A stretch of DNA of 64,000 bases from Patescibacteria group bacterium UBA2196 (GTDB taxonomy: Bacteria; Patescibacteriota; Patescibacteriia; UBA2196): NCBI GenBank assembly GCA_002328025.1, contig DCVE01000013.1, positions 42,579 through 106,578 on the forward strand, read 5' to 3'. Below the pieces are notes generated by a model that worked only from the letters and a program-made list of their open reading frames with translations, ran no database searches and had not been told where the DNA came from. The translations under genes and the position numbers were made by a program. Below, piece by piece: positions 39,117 to 48,411 of the stretch. Position 1 is the first letter of the stretch, and the number at the start of each line of letters is the position of its first letter.

Positions 39117-40400
39117 ATGTCTTTTTTGAAAGAAATTATTGATAATCTTTTAGCCTTTATGGCGCGTAAGATTATTAAAAAATATAAACCAAAGATTATT
39201 GGTATTACTGGCAGTTTTGGTAAAACCTCAACCAAAGAAGCTGTTTTTCATGTATTAAAAAATAGTTATAGGGTTAGAAGCAACATCAAAAACTATAACA
39301 CGGAAATTGGTTTACCTTTGACCATTATTGATGCCCATGCTGGTGGAAAAAACCCTTTAGTTTGGTTGGCAATTTTTATTCAAGCAAGCTGGCTTTTACT
39401 TTTTAGGGATAAAAATTATCCCAAGGTTTTGATTTTAGAAATGGGTGCGGATCATCCGGGTGATATAGGACACCTTATAACCATCGCACCATGCGATATT
39501 GCAGTGGTGACGACGGTTGGTGAGACGCATCTGGAATTTTTTGGAGACATAGATAATGTCAAAGCAGAAAAAGAAGTTATAGTCACACATTTAAATTCTA
39601 AAGCGGTGGCCATTTTAAACCACGATGATGAGTTGGTATGGGACATGCGGCGATCTACGCGAGCCAAAATTTTATCTTTTGGTTTTGTGGATCAGGCAGA
39701 TTTTAGAGCCAGTGGTTTAATTTATGCAGAAGATGAGGCGGGACAATTTTCTCATTTGAGTTTTAAAATTTTTTATCAAGGTAAAACAGTTTTAGTTAAT
39801 ACAAGACATTGCATGGCCAGGTCGCATGTCTGTGCTTTTTTGGCTGGTGTGGCTGTGGGCGTGGCTGGTGGCCTTGATTTTAATGAAGCAGTAAATAAAT
39901 TAGAGGATTTTAAGCCACCAAAGGGTAGAATGAATTTGATTGCTGGGATAAAAGGAACAAAAATTATTGATGATACCTATAATTCTTCTCCCCAAGCGGC
40001 TGTGTCAGCCTTGGAAGTTTTAAAACAGTTACCAGCACTTGGCAGAAAAATTGCTGTTCTGGGTGATATGTTGGAATTGGGCGTGGCGTCGGAAACCTTA
40101 CACGAGATGGTGGGGGTTAAGGCTGGAGAAATAAAATTAGATTTGCTAATAACTTTTGGTGAACGAGCGCGCGCAATAGGACATGGCGCAAAAGAAGCCG
40201 GTTTGGCAATAAATAATATATTTAGTTTTACAGATCAAGAGCAAGCCGGTCGTTTTGTACAGGATAAAATTGTGACCAATGATTTAATTTTGGTTAAGGG
40301 TTCACAGGGTATGCGCATGGAAAAAATAGTCAAAGAAATCATGGCCGAACCTTTGTTGGCCAGTCAGCTTTTAGTGCGACAAGAAGATGAATGGATTTAA
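39117..40400 (+). CDS. murF: UDP-MurNAc-tripeptide:D-Ala-D-Ala ligase
   Basis: GITGSFGKTSTK, LEMGAD, DDTYNSSP, GDMLELG and LVKGS motifs. Confidence 0.93.
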   Translation: MSFLKEIIDNLLAFMARKIIKKYKPKIIGITGSFGKTSTKEAVFHVLKNSYRVRSNIKNYNTEIGLPLTIIDAHAGGKNPLVWLAIFIQASWLLLFRDKNYPKVLILEMGADHPGDIGHLITIAPCDIAVVTTVGETHLEFFGDIDNVKAEKEVIVTHLNSKAVAILNHDDELVWDMRRSTRAKILSFGFVDQADFRASGLIYAEDEAGQFSHLSFKIFYQGKTVLVNTRHCMARSHVCAFLAGVAVGVAGGLDFNEAVNKLEDFKPPKGRMNLIAGIKGTKIIDDTYNSSPQAAVSALEVLKQLPALGRKIAVLGDMLELGVASETLHEMVGVKAGEIKLDLLITFGERARAIGHGAKEAGLAINNIFSFTDQEQAGRFVQDKIVTNDLILVKGSQGMRMEKIVKEIMAEPLLASQLLVRQEDEWI

Positions 40401-40403
40401 AAT

Positions 40404-40431
40404 TTGACAAGTTTTTTAGAATCATTATAAT
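40404..40431 (+). promoter_or_regulatory. Sigma70-type promoter
   Basis: TTGACA-16-TATAAT. Confidence 0.75.
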
Positions 40432-40527
40432 GAAAATTGAAAAATATATTATATAAAATTTTTAAGTTTGCTTTTGATATTTTTTGAGATATAAAAAAAC
40501 AAAAAGTAAACTCGTCAAAAAAGTCTT

Positions 40528-40665
40528 ATGAAAGAATGTAAATATTGCGGCATGCCACTTAATGACAATGCGCAAGAAAACGTTTGTGACTTTTGTGCGA
40601 ATGACGATGGTAAAGAAATGTTGGCGGTAAATGTGGAAGAGGAAGATTTGGCCGAAGAATTTTAG
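40528..40665 (+). CDS. Small CxxC/CxxC zinc-ribbon protein, 45 aa (not in the ORF track)
   Basis: MKECKYCGMPLNDNAQENVCDFCANDDGKEMLAVNVEEEDLAEEF; lies between a promoter and a terminator. Confidence 0.75.
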   Translation: MKECKYCGMPLNDNAQENVCDFCANDDGKEMLAVNVEEEDLAEEF

Positions 40666-40676
40666 TCAGGATTTTG

Positions 40677-40707
40677 AAAAGCCCTTTATTTTAGTAAAGG
40701 GCTTTTA
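40677..40707 (+). terminator. Intrinsic terminator
   Basis: AAAAGCCCTTTA...TAAAGGGCTTTT. Confidence 0.8.
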
Positions 40708-40765
40708 TGTTTGCTTTATTGATTTTTTTTTGTTAAAATAGTCAATAGAAAGGGATGATTTTAGT

Positions 40766-42751
40766 ATGACTTCCAAAGAATTGCGTCAAAGATATATTGA
40801 GTTTTTTAAAAAAAATGGGCATGTAGAAATTCCCAGTGCTTCTTTGATTCCGGAAAATGACCCTTCTATTCTTTTTACCACTGCTGGTATGAGTCCACTC
40901 GTGCCATTTCTTTTAGGTGAAAAACATCCGGCTGGCAATAAATTAGTTAATTCGCAAAAATGTATTAGAACAGGTGACATTGATGGTGTTGGTGATGCTT
41001 GCCACCATACTTTTTTTGAAATGTTGGGTCATTGGAGTTTGAATGATTATTTTAAAACTGAAGCCATTGAATTGACTTATAAATTTATTACTGAAGATTT
41101 AAAAATAGATCAAAAATATCTGGCCGTTTCTGTTTTTGTTGGAGATAATGATGCGCCGTTTGATGCCGAAAGTTATCAAAAATGGCAAGAGCTGGGTTTT
41201 TCTGAAAAAAGAATTACTAAATTACCCAAAAAAGATAATTGGTGGGAATTGCCTGGAAATTCTGGGCCGTGTGGGCCAGATACAGAAATGTTTTATTGGA
41301 CTGGGGACAAAAATTCTGTGCCAGAAGTTTTTGATCCGCAAAATAAAAATTGGGTAGAAATTGGCAATGATGTTTTGATGCAATATGAAAAAATTGGCGA
41401 AAACAAATATCAACCTGCCAAACAAAAAAATATTGATAATGGCACAGGTTTGGAAAGACTTTTAGCAGTTATGAACGGTCTTGATGATAATTATCAAACA
41501 GATTTATTTTTACCAATAATTGAGGAAATTGAAAAGTTAAGCGGGAAAAAATATACCCCTCTGTCCGCAGTAGCGGACTCCTCCCCTTATCAAGGGGAGG
41601 ATAAGAACATCCCCTCCTTTCTAAGGAGGGGCCTCACGACGGAGTCGGAGGGGGAGATAAAATCAATGCGTATTATCGCCGACCATTTGCGCGCGGCCAC
41701 TTTTATCATGGCTGATCCGGCTGGTATTGCGCCTTCAAACACAGATCAAGGCTATGTGGTTAGAAAGTTAATTCGTCGAGCTATTCGTCATGGTAAATTA
41801 ATTGGCATTGATCAGAATTTTTGTGTTGAAATTGCTGAAGTAGTAATTAATAATATGCAGGATATTTATGCAGAACTAGAAACTAATAAAAAATTTGTTT
41901 TAGATAATATAAATTTAGAAGAAGAAAAATTTAGAAAAACATTGCAAGACGGAGAAAAGAAATTAAATAAAATTTTTGATAAGGTTGAAATATTTGAAGA
42001 AATGGAGGAAGGTGACAAACTAGAAACTTATAATTTTGCTGATTACAGTGGTTTAGGTAAAGACTTTTTTGTCTTATCTTCCGAATATGGTTATCCTTTG
42101 GAATTAAGTTTAGAAGCTTTGGATGAAAAAAAAGAGAGATTAGGTGATGGTAAAATACCAAAAGAGGAAAAAGAAAAAATACAACGGAAATTTGATGATT
42201 TTAAAGAAAAAGTGATTAAAAGTTATAATATTGAAATGCAAAAACATCAAGATCTTTCGCGCACTGCCAGCGCTGGCAAATTTAAAGGTGGCTTAGCCAA
42301 TCAAAGCGAAATGGCTGTTAAATACCATACTGTTTCGCATTTATTATTGCAAGCTTTAAGAATGGTCTTGGGCGAACATGTTTTTCAAAAAGGTTCTAAC
42401 ATTACCGACGAAAGATTGCGTTCAGATTTTTCTCATGGGGGAAAAATGACACCAGAACAAATTGTCCAAGTTGAAAACATAGTTAATGAACAAATACAAA
42501 AAAATTTAACAGTCGAATGTAATGAAATGAGTTTAGATGAAGCTAAAAATCAAGGCGCCATGGGAGTTTTTGCCAATAAATATGGTGAGCGAGTTAAGGT
42601 ATACACAGTTGGCGATGACCATTTTTGTTTTTCTAAAGAAATTTGTGGCGGACCACATGTAAAGAATACTGGCGAATTAGGCCATTTAAAAATAATAAAA
42701 GAGGAGGCCAGTTCAGCGGGCGTCAGAAGAATTAAAGCAATTTTAGAATAA
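40766..42751 (+). CDS. alaS: Alanine--tRNA ligase (short form lacking C-Ala)
   Basis: FTTAGM, HHTFFEMLG, GPCGPDTE, editing motifs HTVSH and CGGPH, GVRRIKA at the C-terminus. Confidence 0.97.
   Translation: MTSKELRQRYIEFFKKNGHVEIPSASLIPENDPSILFTTAGMSPLVPFLLGEKHPAGNKLVNSQKCIRTGDIDGVGDACHHTFFEMLGHWSLNDYFKTEAIELTYKFITEDLKIDQKYLAVSVFVGDNDAPFDAESYQKWQELGFSEKRITKLPKKDNWWELPGNSGPCGPDTEMFYWTGDKNSVPEVFDPQNKNWVEIGNDVLMQYEKIGENKYQPAKQKNIDNGTGLERLLAVMNGLDDNYQTDLFLPIIEEIEKLSGKKYTPLSAVADSSPYQGEDKNIPSFLRRGLTTESEGEIKSMRIIADHLRAATFIMADPAGIAPSNTDQGYVVRKLIRRAIRHGKLIGIDQNFCVEIAEVVINNMQDIYAELETNKKFVLDNINLEEEKFRKTLQDGEKKLNKIFDKVEIFEEMEEGDKLETYNFADYSGLGKDFFVLSSEYGYPLELSLEALDEKKERLGDGKIPKEEKEKIQRKFDDFKEKVIKSYNIEMQKHQDLSRTASAGKFKGGLANQSEMAVKYHTVSHLLLQALRMVLGEHVFQKGSNITDERLRSDFSHGGKMTPEQIVQVENIVNEQIQKNLTVECNEMSLDEAKNQGAMGVFANKYGERVKVYTVGDDHFCFSKEICGGPHVKNTGELGHLKIIKEEASSAGVRRIKAILE
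41555..41657. repeat. In-frame compound palindromic insertion in alaS
   Basis: Three hairpins: GTCCGC/GCGGAC, TCCTCCCCTT/AAGGGGAGGA and CCCCTCCTT/AAGGAGGGG; about 34 extra codons. Confidence 0.9.
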
Positions 42752-42761
42752 ATTTAAAAAT

Positions 42762-43970
42762 ATGGATTTTAAAAATATACACCCACAAAATAGTTATCGC
42801 ACTTTTACTCCAGCACCAACACCTCCAAGACGGTGGAAAAAAAAGTTGGCTTTTTTGGTTTTTTTGGCAGCGGTATTTTATGTTCTATTTGTATATATTT
42901 TACCAAGTGTAGAAGTGACAGTTTTTTTATCAGCGGAAAATTTTGATAAAGAATATGATATAACTTTGGATCAAAACGTAAGTGGTGAGGTAACGGCTGG
43001 GAATGTTTTTCCAGCTAAGTTTTATCAAGTTTCTGGTGAAGATCGGGGTAACTTTAAGGCCACAGGACAAAAAAATACCGGTGATAAAGCCAGTGGTAAT
43101 GTTACTTTTTATAATTTTACTGGACGCTCACAACCAGTTACCAAAGAAATGGAGCTTAAACACAGTTCTGGTCAGATTTATTTTTTAAAAAATGAATTGA
43201 CTATTCCAGCCGCTCAAATTTCTGATCTGGGAGAAATAGTCGCTGGCAAGATTATTGGTGAGATTGAAGCCCAAGAGGCTGGTGAAGTTTACAATCAAAA
43301 ACCAGGTCGGGTGGTCATTCCCATTGTGGCCAATGAAATTCAGGATAAAATTTATGGTGAAACAGATGACTTGGGTGGCGGAACATCAAAAATTACTCAG
43401 GTTGTTTCACAGGAAGATTTAAACAACGCGCAAATTGATTTATCTAATAGACTGTCACCTAAATTAAAAGATAAAATTAAAAATCAAATTAAAAAAGACA
43501 GTGAGATAATGCGCAACGAATTAACGATCTTGGAGATAGATAATGTGGATAAAAGCACTGAAATTAATAAGGAAGTGTCTGACTTTGAAATGAAAATTAA
43601 TGCGACACTTAAGGCCTTGGTTTATGATGAAGTGGTATTAAAAAAATACTTGAAATCTAAAATACTTTTGGATTTACCAGATAATAAGATGGTGGCTGAA
43701 GACGATTTAGGACAATTGGAAATTACAGTCAAGGAGATGGATCTGGCTTTGGGGGTGGTAAAAATTAAGGTTAGGGCGCAACATAAAGTTTTACCCAAGA
43801 CGGATGTAAGCGTTATCAAGGACAGTATAAAAGGCTTAAAAGAGCAGGATGCGCGTCGTTATGTGTTAAGTTTGCCGAACGTGCGCGATGCGCGGTTTGT
43901 GTTCACTTATAATTTACTTGACAAAATACCCAATAATTTGAATAAAATTAAGATAAAGGTTGGAAATTAA
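42762..43970 (+). CDS. Membrane-anchored baseplate-J-like domain protein (typical of CPR chromosomes)
   Basis: TM followed by ATG...KASGNVTFYN, A.EAG.YN and GGTS..VVSQEDL patterns. Confidence 0.65.
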   Translation: MDFKNIHPQNSYRTFTPAPTPPRRWKKKLAFLVFLAAVFYVLFVYILPSVEVTVFLSAENFDKEYDITLDQNVSGEVTAGNVFPAKFYQVSGEDRGNFKATGQKNTGDKASGNVTFYNFTGRSQPVTKEMELKHSSGQIYFLKNELTIPAAQISDLGEIVAGKIIGEIEAQEAGEVYNQKPGRVVIPIVANEIQDKIYGETDDLGGGTSKITQVVSQEDLNNAQIDLSNRLSPKLKDKIKNQIKKDSEIMRNELTILEIDNVDKSTEINKEVSDFEMKINATLKALVYDEVVLKKYLKSKILLDLPDNKMVAEDDLGQLEITVKEMDLALGVVKIKVRAQHKVLPKTDVSVIKDSIKGLKEQDARRYVLSLPNVRDARFVFTYNLLDKIPNNLNKIKIKVGN

Positions 43971-44134
43971 AGCCCTCTTGACAGATATTTAACCATACTT
44001 TATAATAAAACTATATTAAAAAGCTAACTAACAATGGAATATTTATCTAAACTATCAAGAATTGTGAGTAATTCTAATTTTTAGAGTTATCTCATATTTT
44101 TTTATGCTTTGGATAAAAATAGACTAATAAAATA

Positions 44135-44491
44135 ATGTCAGAAAACACACTTAGTCAAAACGTTAATAATCAAGTTGATGAAACGCCAGAAATCCCGGCG
44201 GCAGAAGTTTTGCCGGTTGTTGAACCTAATCAGGTTCAAAATCAGACACCCCAAGATAGTTTTAATAATTTTAAAGTTAACAAAAAGGGTTTTATTGAGG
44301 TGGACGGTGAGGTGATAGAAACCTTGCCCAGTATTACCTTTAGGGTGCGTTTGGAAAATAATTATCAAGTGGTGGCCAGATTATCCGGTCGCATGCGGAT
44401 GAATAAAATTATGCTTTTGCCGGGTGATAAAGTTAAAGTGGAACTAACACTCTACGATTTGACAAAAGGCAGAATAACTTATCGTTATTAA
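44135..44491 (+). CDS. infA: Translation initiation factor IF-1 with an N-terminal extension
   Basis: [20 protein letters not shown] and [11 protein letters not shown] motifs. Confidence 0.95.
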   Translation: MSENTLSQNVNNQVDETPEIPAAEVLPVVEPNQVQNQTPQDSFNNFKVNKKGFIEVDGEVIETLPSITFRVRLENNYQVVARLSGRMRMNKIMLLPGDKVKVELTLYDLTKGRITYRY

Positions 44492-44497
44492 ATTTTT

Positions 44498-44614
44498 ATG
44501 AAGGTAAAATCTTCGGTTAAAAAAATTTGTAAAGATTGTCAAACTGTACGTCGTAAAAACAGAGTTTTTGTGGTGTGCAAAAAAAATCCTAAACACAAAC
44601 AAAGACAGGGTTAA
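44498..44614 (+). CDS. rpmJ: 50S ribosomal protein L36 (not in the ORF track)
   Basis: [38 protein letters not shown]. Confidence 0.97.
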   Translation: MKVKSSVKKICKDCQTVRRKNRVFVVCKKNPKHKQRQG

Positions 44615-44626
44615 TTATATTTTTTT

Positions 44627-45016
44627 ATGGCTAGAATTGCCGGTATCAATTTACCTAATGATAAGAAAGTTGAATACGCCTTGCCGTATCTTTATGGCAT
44701 TGGTTTAACAATTTCAAAGAAAATTTTAAAGGAATTAAAAATTGATGACAACAAACGAGTCAAAGATCTTTCTGAAGAGGAGGTTAATTCTTTGCGGGTG
44801 GAAATTGAAAAAAAATATCGCGTGGAAGGTGAGCTACGCCGTGAAGTAATTTCTAATATCAAAAGATTAAAAGAAATTAATTCTTATCGTGGTTCAAGAC
44901 ACGCCAAGAATTTACCAGCCAGAGGTCAACGCACCAAAACCAATTGCCGGACCGTCAAAGGTAATGTGCGCAAAACCATGGGTTCGGGTCGCAAAACTTC
45001 GGCGCAGAAAACCTAA
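44627..45016 (+). CDS. rpsM: 30S ribosomal protein S13
   Basis: [10 protein letters not shown]; RGQRTKTN. Confidence 0.98.
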   Translation: MARIAGINLPNDKKVEYALPYLYGIGLTISKKILKELKIDDNKRVKDLSEEEVNSLRVEIEKKYRVEGELRREVISNIKRLKEINSYRGSRHAKNLPARGQRTKTNCRTVKGNVRKTMGSGRKTSAQKT

Positions 45017-45047
45017 TTAGTATACTTATTTAATAAATATCAATACA

Positions 45048-45587
45048 ATGTCTACTGATGATAATAAAATTATAACTGATGAATTAGCTCAGCCAAAAGA
45101 TTCTATCAATGAGGTTGATTTAGAACAGGTGGCTCAAGATGGGGACGTGGCTGTTGAGGTTGTTGATGATAATGGAATTGTAGAAGAAAAAACCGTTGTT
45201 ACCAAAGGGAGAAAAAAGAAAAAGAAAGAACCTTTTTTGCGTGGTGGACGTGGTCAAATTCATATTAAATCATCTTATAACAACACCATTGTTACCATTA
45301 CTGATTTAAATGGTTCGGTTTTAGCTTGGTCTTCAGCTGGTAAGTGTGGTTTTAAGGGTCCTAAAAAATCAACACCATACGCGGCTGGTGTGATTGTTAA
45401 ATCTTTGGTTGATAAAATTAAAGCTTTGGGCATTAAAGAAACTGACGTCGAAGTTAAAGGTGTTGGTATGGGTCGTGAGGCAGCGGTGCGCGCTTTGGGC
45501 GCAAATGGCGTGCAGGTGGTGTCAGTAAAAGATGTAACACCGGTCAAACACGGTGGTGTAAGATCAAAACGTCCCAGAAGAGTTTAA
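45048..45587 (+). CDS. rpsK: 30S ribosomal protein S11 with an N-terminal extension
   Basis: SYNNTIVTITD, KKSTPYAA and DVTPVKHGG motifs. Confidence 0.97.
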   Translation: MSTDDNKIITDELAQPKDSINEVDLEQVAQDGDVAVEVVDDNGIVEEKTVVTKGRKKKKKEPFLRGGRGQIHIKSSYNNTIVTITDLNGSVLAWSSAGKCGFKGPKKSTPYAAGVIVKSLVDKIKALGIKETDVEVKGVGMGREAAVRALGANGVQVVSVKDVTPVKHGGVRSKRPRRV

Positions 45588-45613
45588 TTATTTTGTGATT
45601 TAATTTTTTATTT

Positions 45614-46246
45614 ATGTCTCATTTTTCTGGTGCACAATGCAAAAGATGTCGTAGATTGGGAGTCAAGCTTTGCTCTAAAGGCGAGCGTGGTTTGGGTTCT
45701 AAATGTGCTTTGGCCAGAAGAAATTATCCACCTGGTGTGCATGGTCCAAAGGGTTATGGTCGAATTAGCGATTATGGTTTGCATTTGCAAGAAAAACAAA
45801 AATTAAGAGTGATTTACGGAATTATGGAAAAACAGTTGCGTAAGTATTTTGAGGAAGCCAAAAGAGAAAAAACCAACACCGGTTTTAAATTATTAGAATT
45901 ATTAGAAAGACGTTTTGATAATATTATTTATCGTTTAGGTTTGGCATCTTCCAGACGTCAGGCTAGGCAGATGGTGGGGCATAATCATTTTAAAGTTAAT
46001 GGCAAAAAAATGAATATTCCCTCTTACACAGTCAAAAGAGGCGATGTAATTAGTATTGCCAAAGAAAAATCTTTAACCAAGGGTCAAATTGCCGAGAACA
46101 TAAAGACAATGGCCAAAAAAGAAATTCCAGTTTGGTTATTTTGGGATGAACAAAATAAAAAAGGCCAAGTTGTCGAATTACCGCAAAATAATGATTTGGA
46201 TGTTGGTGTGGACACCCGTTTAATTGTGGAATTTTATTCACGCTAA
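45614..46246 (+). CDS. rpsD: 30S ribosomal protein S4
   Basis: CKRCRR, LQEKQKL and VEFYSR motifs. Confidence 0.98.
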   Translation: MSHFSGAQCKRCRRLGVKLCSKGERGLGSKCALARRNYPPGVHGPKGYGRISDYGLHLQEKQKLRVIYGIMEKQLRKYFEEAKREKTNTGFKLLELLERRFDNIIYRLGLASSRRQARQMVGHNHFKVNGKKMNIPSYTVKRGDVISIAKEKSLTKGQIAENIKTMAKKEIPVWLFWDEQNKKGQVVELPQNNDLDVGVDTRLIVEFYSR

Positions 46247-46269
46247 ATTTATAAAATAAATATAAATAT

Positions 46270-47109
46270 ATGGAAAACATCCCATTGGCAAAAAAAATAA
46301 CTTTTCATCCTGATACGGAAAACTATGCCAAAAACAAAGGTTATTTTACTATTGAACCGCTGTTTCCCGGTTATGGTTTAACTTTGGGTAATGTTTTAAG
46401 ACGAGTGTTGCTATCATCTTTATCAGGCGCGGCCATTGTGGCGGTTAAAATTAATGGTGTTAGTCATGAATTTTCCACAATTGATTGGATCAAAGAGGAT
46501 GTCTTGGATATTATTTTAAATTTAAAACAGATTAGAATTAAGGTTGGTCCAGAGGTGGATTTTCCGCTCAAATTAACTTTGAGCGTCAAGGGTCAAAAAG
46601 AAGTTACGGCCGGTGATTTTGAAAAAATGGCCGGACTTGAAGTTATTAATACAGATCAAAAAATTGCCACCCTAACCGACCACGCGGCACGTTTAGAAAT
46701 GGAAGTTTATGTGGATTATGGTCGGGGTTATTTACCAACCGAAGCCAGAGAAAATAAAAATTATGAAATTAACACTATGATGGTGGATGCAATTTTTACA
46801 CCCATAAAAAGAGTTGGTTATGATATTGAAAATGTGCGTGTTTTGCAGATGACCAACTGGGATAAATTAATTTTAAAAATTGAAACTGACGGTACCATAA
46901 CCTGTGAAGACGCGTTTAAACAGGCGGTCAACATTATCTTGGAACAATTTTCTGGTTTATTAAATAAAGAAATAGCTGAGGATAATCACAAAAAAACAGT
47001 TGAAGCGCAAGCCCCAGACATGGTTGAAGATGAATCAGTGGATGACAACGAGTCAGATTCTGAAGAAAAGCCTAAAAAAAGAGGTAAAAAAAAGAAAGAT
47101 GAAGTTTAA
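46270..47109 (+). CDS. rpoA: RNA polymerase alpha subunit (no recognisable alpha-CTD)
   Basis: EPLFPGYGLTLGNVLRRVLLSS, DAIFTPI and ETDGTI; ends in an acidic/basic tail. Confidence 0.96.
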   Translation: MENIPLAKKITFHPDTENYAKNKGYFTIEPLFPGYGLTLGNVLRRVLLSSLSGAAIVAVKINGVSHEFSTIDWIKEDVLDIILNLKQIRIKVGPEVDFPLKLTLSVKGQKEVTAGDFEKMAGLEVINTDQKIATLTDHAARLEMEVYVDYGRGYLPTEARENKNYEINTMMVDAIFTPIKRVGYDIENVRVLQMTNWDKLILKIETDGTITCEDAFKQAVNIILEQFSGLLNKEIAEDNHKKTVEAQAPDMVEDESVDDNESDSEEKPKKRGKKKKDEV

Positions 47110-47134
47110 TATAAAATTTAGTTAAAGAATTAAT

Positions 47135-47485
47135 ATGCGACACCAAAACAGTCAAAAAACACTGGATAGAAAAAGTGGTCCGCGCACAGCTTTGTTAAAA
47201 GGTTTGGCGCAGAGTTTAATTTTGTATGAAAAAATTCAAACCACCGAAGCCAAAGCCAAGGTTATAAAACCAGTGGTGGAAAAAATGATTACGCGCGCCA
47301 AGGTTGATTCATTGCACAATCGGCGTGAATTGATGAAGTTTTTACCAACCCAAAATGCAGTCAGAAAAATATTTGATGTTTTGGGCCCACGTTTTAAAGA
47401 ACGTAAGGGCGGTTATTTAAGAATTACTAAATTAGGTGCGCGTCAGGGTGATGCCGCACAAATGGCACAAATAGAATTTGTATAA
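47135..47485 (+). CDS. rplQ: 50S ribosomal protein L17
   Basis: MRH, TTEAKAK and GGYLRI..RQGDAA motifs. Confidence 0.97.
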   Translation: MRHQNSQKTLDRKSGPRTALLKGLAQSLILYEKIQTTEAKAKVIKPVVEKMITRAKVDSLHNRRELMKFLPTQNAVRKIFDVLGPRFKERKGGYLRITKLGARQGDAAQMAQIEFV

Positions 47486-47490
47486 AATAT

Positions 47491-47838
47491 ATGGCAGAAA
47501 ACATTTACACAATTGATGCAACCAATAAAGCCGTGGGACGTTTGGCGACAGAAATCGCTATAATTTTGCGTGGTAAAAACAAGCCCACCTTTGCTCCCAA
47601 CATGGAAAGTGATAACATGGTAGTGGTTAAGAATATAAAGTTTTTGAAATTTACTGGTAAAAAATTACAGCAAAAGGTTTACAAACACCACACCAACTAT
47701 CCGGGTCATCTAAGAAGTATCAAGATGTCTGATATTCAAAAAGAAAACCCAGCCAAAGTTTTAGAAATGGCAGTTTTACGTATGTTACCTGCAGTAAAAT
47801 TTAGAAAAAAAATGATGCAGAAATTGAGTTTTGAATAA
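47491..47838 (+). CDS. rplM: 50S ribosomal protein L13 (short)
   Basis: IDA...GRLA...LRGKNKP, HTNYPG and AVLRMLP motifs. Confidence 0.95.
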   Translation: MAENIYTIDATNKAVGRLATEIAIILRGKNKPTFAPNMESDNMVVVKNIKFLKFTGKKLQQKVYKHHTNYPGHLRSIKMSDIQKENPAKVLEMAVLRMLPAVKFRKKMMQKLSFE

Positions 47839-47857
47839 TTAAAAGTAAGCAATAAAT

Positions 47858-48271
47858 ATGTCAGAAAATAAATTAACTACAAAAGAATATTTTCAAGGTT
47901 TGGGTCGCCGCAAAGCAGCCATTGCTCAAGTTAGACTATATGCAGAAGGCACAGGCGAAACAACCATTAACGGTAAACAGGCTGATGTGTTTTTTCCTTA
48001 TTTTGAATTTAAAGATCAGGCTTTTTCTCCACTCAAAATTTTAGGTTTGGAAAAAAAGTTTGATATGTCAGTTAAAGTTGCGGGTGGCGGTTATAGAGGT
48101 CAGGCTGAAGCAATTAAATTGGGGGTGGCCAGAGCTTTGGTGGTTTTTAATGAAGAGAACAAAAAAGTTTTACGTGCCAGCGGATTTTTAAGTCGTGACC
48201 CCAGAATTAAAGAACGTAAGAAGCCGGGCTTGAAGCGCGCACGTCGTGCGCCACAGTGGGCAAAACGTTAA
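47858..48271 (+). CDS. rpsI: 30S ribosomal protein S9
   Basis: GRRK, GGG..GQAEAI and ERKKPGLKRARRAPQWAKR motifs. Confidence 0.98.
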   Translation: MSENKLTTKEYFQGLGRRKAAIAQVRLYAEGTGETTINGKQADVFFPYFEFKDQAFSPLKILGLEKKFDMSVKVAGGGYRGQAEAIKLGVARALVVFNEENKKVLRASGFLSRDPRIKERKKPGLKRARRAPQWAKR

Positions 48272-48294
48272 TTTATTGGTTTATATACTTTTTA

Positions 48295-48320
48295 AAAGCC
48301 CTGTTGTGTACAGGGTTTTT
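48295..48320 (+). terminator. Terminator of the ribosomal protein operon
   Basis: AAGCCCTGT...ACAGGGTTTTT. Confidence 0.8.
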
Positions 48321-48324
48321 ATAT

Positions 48325-48353
48325 TTGACATTTTTATTAAACTGTGTTATAAT
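48325..48353 (+). promoter_or_regulatory. Consensus sigma70 promoter
   Basis: TTGACA-17-TATAAT. Confidence 0.85.
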
Positions 48354-48411
48354 ATATTTAGCTAATATAAACAAAAATTCCTTTAAAATGAGTTGAGAGG
48401 AGGTGATTTCT

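Noticed and set aside
42762-43970. Prophage or contractile injection system suggested by the baseplate-J-like protein
   Set aside because: It is a single TM-anchored gene among housekeeping genes, with no other phage genes.
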